A stretch of DNA of 28,462 nucleotides from Chthoniobacteraceae bacterium (GTDB lineage: Bacteria > Verrucomicrobiota > Verrucomicrobiia > Chthoniobacterales > Chthoniobacteraceae), in the NCBI GenBank assembly GCA_031409335.1, contig JANNWY010000064.1, positions 1-28,462 on the forward strand. The letters are read 5' to 3'. The translations under genes and the position numbers were made by a program. Below, one piece after another: positions 25,997 to 28,462 of the stretch (position 1 is its first letter; each line of letters starts with the position of its first letter). The notes below the pieces were generated by a model, which was not told the DNA's origin, did not search any database, and worked only from the letters and a program-made list of their open reading frames with translations.

Positions 25997-26904
25997 ATCC
26001 GCACGACCGTCGCGCCGACGCAGGCAATGAAACGATCTTCGAGCGACATCGCCTCGATCGTCGCGCCGGGCGGCAGCGTGAAGGCATCCCACGCCGCGGG
26101 TTCCGCGCGCAGCGCGATCGTGCGCACGCCGTCGAGCGATTCGTCGCGCCAGATTTCAAAACCGAGCGGCAGCACAAACTCCGCGTCCGCCGCCATCCGC
26201 ACGCGCCGGACGAGCCGCGACAGCTCGCCGACCGTGCCCTCGAATCGCATCCGGCCTTGATGAATGATGCCGACGCGATCCGCGCACCGCTCGACTTCGT
26301 CGATGAGGTGCGATGAGAAAAGTGTGGTGCGCCGGTGCTGCCGCGCCTGCGCGACGATGAGCTGCATGAACTCGCGGCGCGCGACGGGATCGAGCCCGGC
26401 AGTCGGCTCGTCGAGAATCAAGAGCGCCGGCCGCGGAGCCAGCGCCAGAGCCAGCGCGAGCTTTGCGCGCATCCCGCCGGAGAGTTCGGAAACGCGGCGA
26501 TCGGCGGGGACTTCGAGCACTTCGAGCAGGCGTGAAAATTCCGCCGCATCCCACGCCGGATAAAACGAACCGACGAATTTCCCGAGCGCGTGGCACTTCA
26601 TCCACGGATAAAAATTCTGCTCCTGCGAGACGTAGCCGATGCGCCGTTTTTGCGCGACGGAGGTGCGCCGCGTGGTTTCGCCGAGCAGCGAAATCGTGCC
26701 CGCTTCCGTGGCGATGATGCCCATGAGCGCGCGGATCGTCGTCGTTTTTCCCGCGCCGTTGATGCCGAGGAATCCGTAGATTTCACCCTCGCGCACGTGG
26801 AGGTCGATGCCATCGACGGCGGGGACTTTTCCGAAATGGCGGCGCAGTCCGCGCACTTCGAGGACGATGGGCGGCGGCAAATTCGGGGGAAGATCGGTGT
26901 GCAT
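25993..26904 (-). CDS. ABC transporter ATP-binding protein (ABC-2/DRA exporter type)
   Basis: GINGAGKTT, YVSQE, LSGGM, LILDEPTAGLDP, SSH. Confidence 0.95.
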   Translation of the reverse strand: MHTDLPPNLPPPIVLEVRGLRRHFGKVPAVDGIDLHVREGEIYGFLGINGAGKTTTIRALMGIIATEAGTISLLGETTRRTSVAQKRRIGYVSQEQNFYPWMKCHALGKFVGSFYPAWDAAEFSRLLEVLEVPADRRVSELSGGMRAKLALALALAPRPALLILDEPTAGLDPVARREFMQLIVAQARQHRRTTLFSSHLIDEVERCADRVGIIHQGRMRFEGTVGELSRLVRRVRMAADAEFVLPLGFEIWRDESLDGVRTIALRAEPAAWDAFTLPPGATIEAMSLEDRFIACVGATVVRI

Positions 26905-26949
26905 GAAAACGCGTGGACGTTCGCAAACCGCGACCGCAATGGCGAGGCG

Positions 26950-28461
26950 TTAGTGCGCGGCTTTTCCCAGCGCGCCGACGGTCCAGATCATCGGGTAAAG
27001 GCGTTCGTGGTACCAGAGTTTCGCGAAATAAAATCCGATCGGCGCGGGCTCGCGCCACGCGCCGGATTCGACGCGCGCGATGAGCCAGTCGACGCCAAGA
27101 TTTGTCGCCGCGACTTCCGCGGTGCCCGCGAGCGCTTCGACTGCGAGCGCGGTTTCCTCCACGGATGGCGGCCCGTCTTTCGCGCCGCTCCAGCCGCCGT
27201 CCGCGCATTGACGCGCGACGAGAAAATCCAGCGCGCGGTGAAGTGCCGGATCGGAAACTTGGAAGCCGCGGTCGCGCAATTCGCGCAGCGCGATGATGAC
27301 GTGCGCGGTGCCGTGAATCGGGTTTTCATCATCCGGAGCGTGCTCGTTTCCAAACCACAGCGGCAGCCACGCGCCGTCGCCGCGCTGCATTTTTTCGAGG
27401 AAGCGAAGCGCGCGTTCGATCGCTCGGAGGGTGCGCGCTTTCATGCGTGCATCGAGCTGCGGCAGCCATGCGCTCCACGCGCGAAGAGTGTGCGCGGTGA
27501 GATCGGGCGAGCTGCGATCGAAGGGCAGCGCGCCCCAGCCGCGGCAGAACGTGGGAATGCCGCCATCGCGATTTTGCAAATCCAGCAGCCAGCGCACACC
27601 CGCGATGCCCGCAACCTGCTTTTCGGAATCCAATGCGCCGAGTGCGACCAGCGCGAGCAATGCGCCGGGCGTGTCGTCTGCATCGGGCACGCCGCCGGGC
27701 AAATCCGTCCACGCCCAGCCGCCCGGTGCGGCGTGGGTGTAGGGATGCTCGACGCGATATTGCTGGCCGAGCAGCCATTCGCGCAAAGTCATGCGCTGCT
27801 CGGGTGAAAGCGCCGACTTCGGCAGTGCCTTGATCGCGAGCGTCGTCACCCACGTTGCCAGATTCGTATCAATCGCCCATGAGCCATCCGCGCGCACCGT
27901 GGCGCGCAAAAACTCCGCACCCTTTCGCGCGACGACGTGATCGCGCGCTCCCATCGCCGCGAGGCTCATCGTCACGAAACTCGTCAGCGGTGTGGCTTCG
28001 AGAAAGCCGCCATTTTCCGGCTGGAGTGTCGCGAGCACGGCGAGCGTTCGTTTCCGTGAAAGGCCGCGGATCAAGCGTGCAAGCGGGTTGCGAGTCGGGC
28101 GGTGATGGTGAATGACCTGCCCGATCGCGATCAGCGCGGGCAGCGCGTAACTCACCACAGGCAATCGCAACGCACCAAAAACCTGGTGCGGCAGCACCGC
28201 CAGCTCGAATGGCAGCGGCATCGTGTGCTCCCAGCCGATGCGCCCGGACAGCGCGAGAGTCATCAGGATCGGCACCGAGAAAGTGTGATCCTTCCCGTAT
28301 CGGAGTTTGATGGCTGCCGCGAGTTTCCGGGTAGCACGCTCGTCCCGACCGTTGGTTTCGGCGTCCCGCCGAGACGGACTTTCGAGAGCGTCCCCTGTCG
28401 ATGCATAATCCTCGTACTCGCGACCCGCCAGGGAAGTCCGTCGAGGCGGGACGCCGCGACC
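26950..28461 (-). CDS. shc: Squalene-hopene cyclase-like triterpene cyclase, 5'-truncated by the window edge
   Basis: DxDD motif (GVPDADDT), QW repeats (QPENGGF, QNRDGG, QRGDGAW, QCADGGW), IGFYFAKLWY. I translated the frame upstream of 28275 by hand; it stays open to the edge and includes RYGKDHTFSVPILM. Confidence 0.85.
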   Translation of the reverse strand, partial: GRGVPPRRTSLAGREYEDYASTGDALESPSRRDAETNGRDERATRKLAAAIKLRYGKDHTFSVPILMTLALSGRIGWEHTMPLPFELAVLPHQVFGALRLPVVSYALPALIAIGQVIHHHRPTRNPLARLIRGLSRKRTLAVLATLQPENGGFLEATPLTSFVTMSLAAMGARDHVVARKGAEFLRATVRADGSWAIDTNLATWVTTLAIKALPKSALSPEQRMTLREWLLGQQYRVEHPYTHAAPGGWAWTDLPGGVPDADDTPGALLALVALGALDSEKQVAGIAGVRWLLDLQNRDGGIPTFCRGWGALPFDRSSPDLTAHTLRAWSAWLPQLDARMKARTLRAIERALRFLEKMQRGDGAWLPLWFGNEHAPDDENPIHGTAHVIIALRELRDRGFQVSDPALHRALDFLVARQCADGGWSGAKDGPPSVEETALAVEALAGTAEVAATNLGVDWLIARVESGAWREPAPIGFYFAKLWYHERLYPMIWTVGALGKAAH

Positions 28462-28462
28462 A
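28329..28462. repeat. REP/REPIN-like palindromic element inside the cyclase gene, truncated by the window end
   Basis: GTAG at 28331 followed by the hairpin ACGCTCG-TCC-CGACCGT; arms 28353-28381 and 28434-28462 are inverted repeats matching at 25/29. Confidence 0.75.

Noticed and set aside
23154..27807. Long plus-strand ORFs (23154-24917, 24563-26260, 26590-27807) and similar antisense ORFs elsewhere in the window
   Set aside because: Stop-poor shadows of real minus-strand genes in high-GC DNA; no recognisable motifs.

Overview
GC-rich bacterial DNA, probably Verrucomicrobiota (inferred from gene style, not determined). About 96-15650 is an ABC-transporter-dependent surface polysaccharide locus: wzt with a C-terminal carbohydrate-binding domain, 6 glycosyltransferase domains, 7 SAM-methyltransferase domains (one fused to a GT), 2 sulfotransferases, an O-acetyltransferase and an NAD-dependent epimerase. 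An antisense, internally deleted Uma2-family remnant lies inside this locus. Next come an 11-mer-repeat lipoprotein, a 549-aa hypothetical protein, a structured 460-bp intergenic region, uvrC, a secreted metallophosphoesterase, a stand-alone coaB and a 70-aa protein. A minus-strand operon ends the window: a squalene-hopene cyclase-like gene (cut by the window edge), an ABC ATPase and two paralogous ABC-2 permeases fused to gluzincin-like domains, one with an intact HExxH and one degenerate. The most notable signals are this active/pseudo-peptidase ABC module beside the cyclase, two different palindromic elements sitting in frame inside uvrC and the cyclase gene, and leaderless promoter architecture. 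All calls come from reading motifs by eye; no searches were run.
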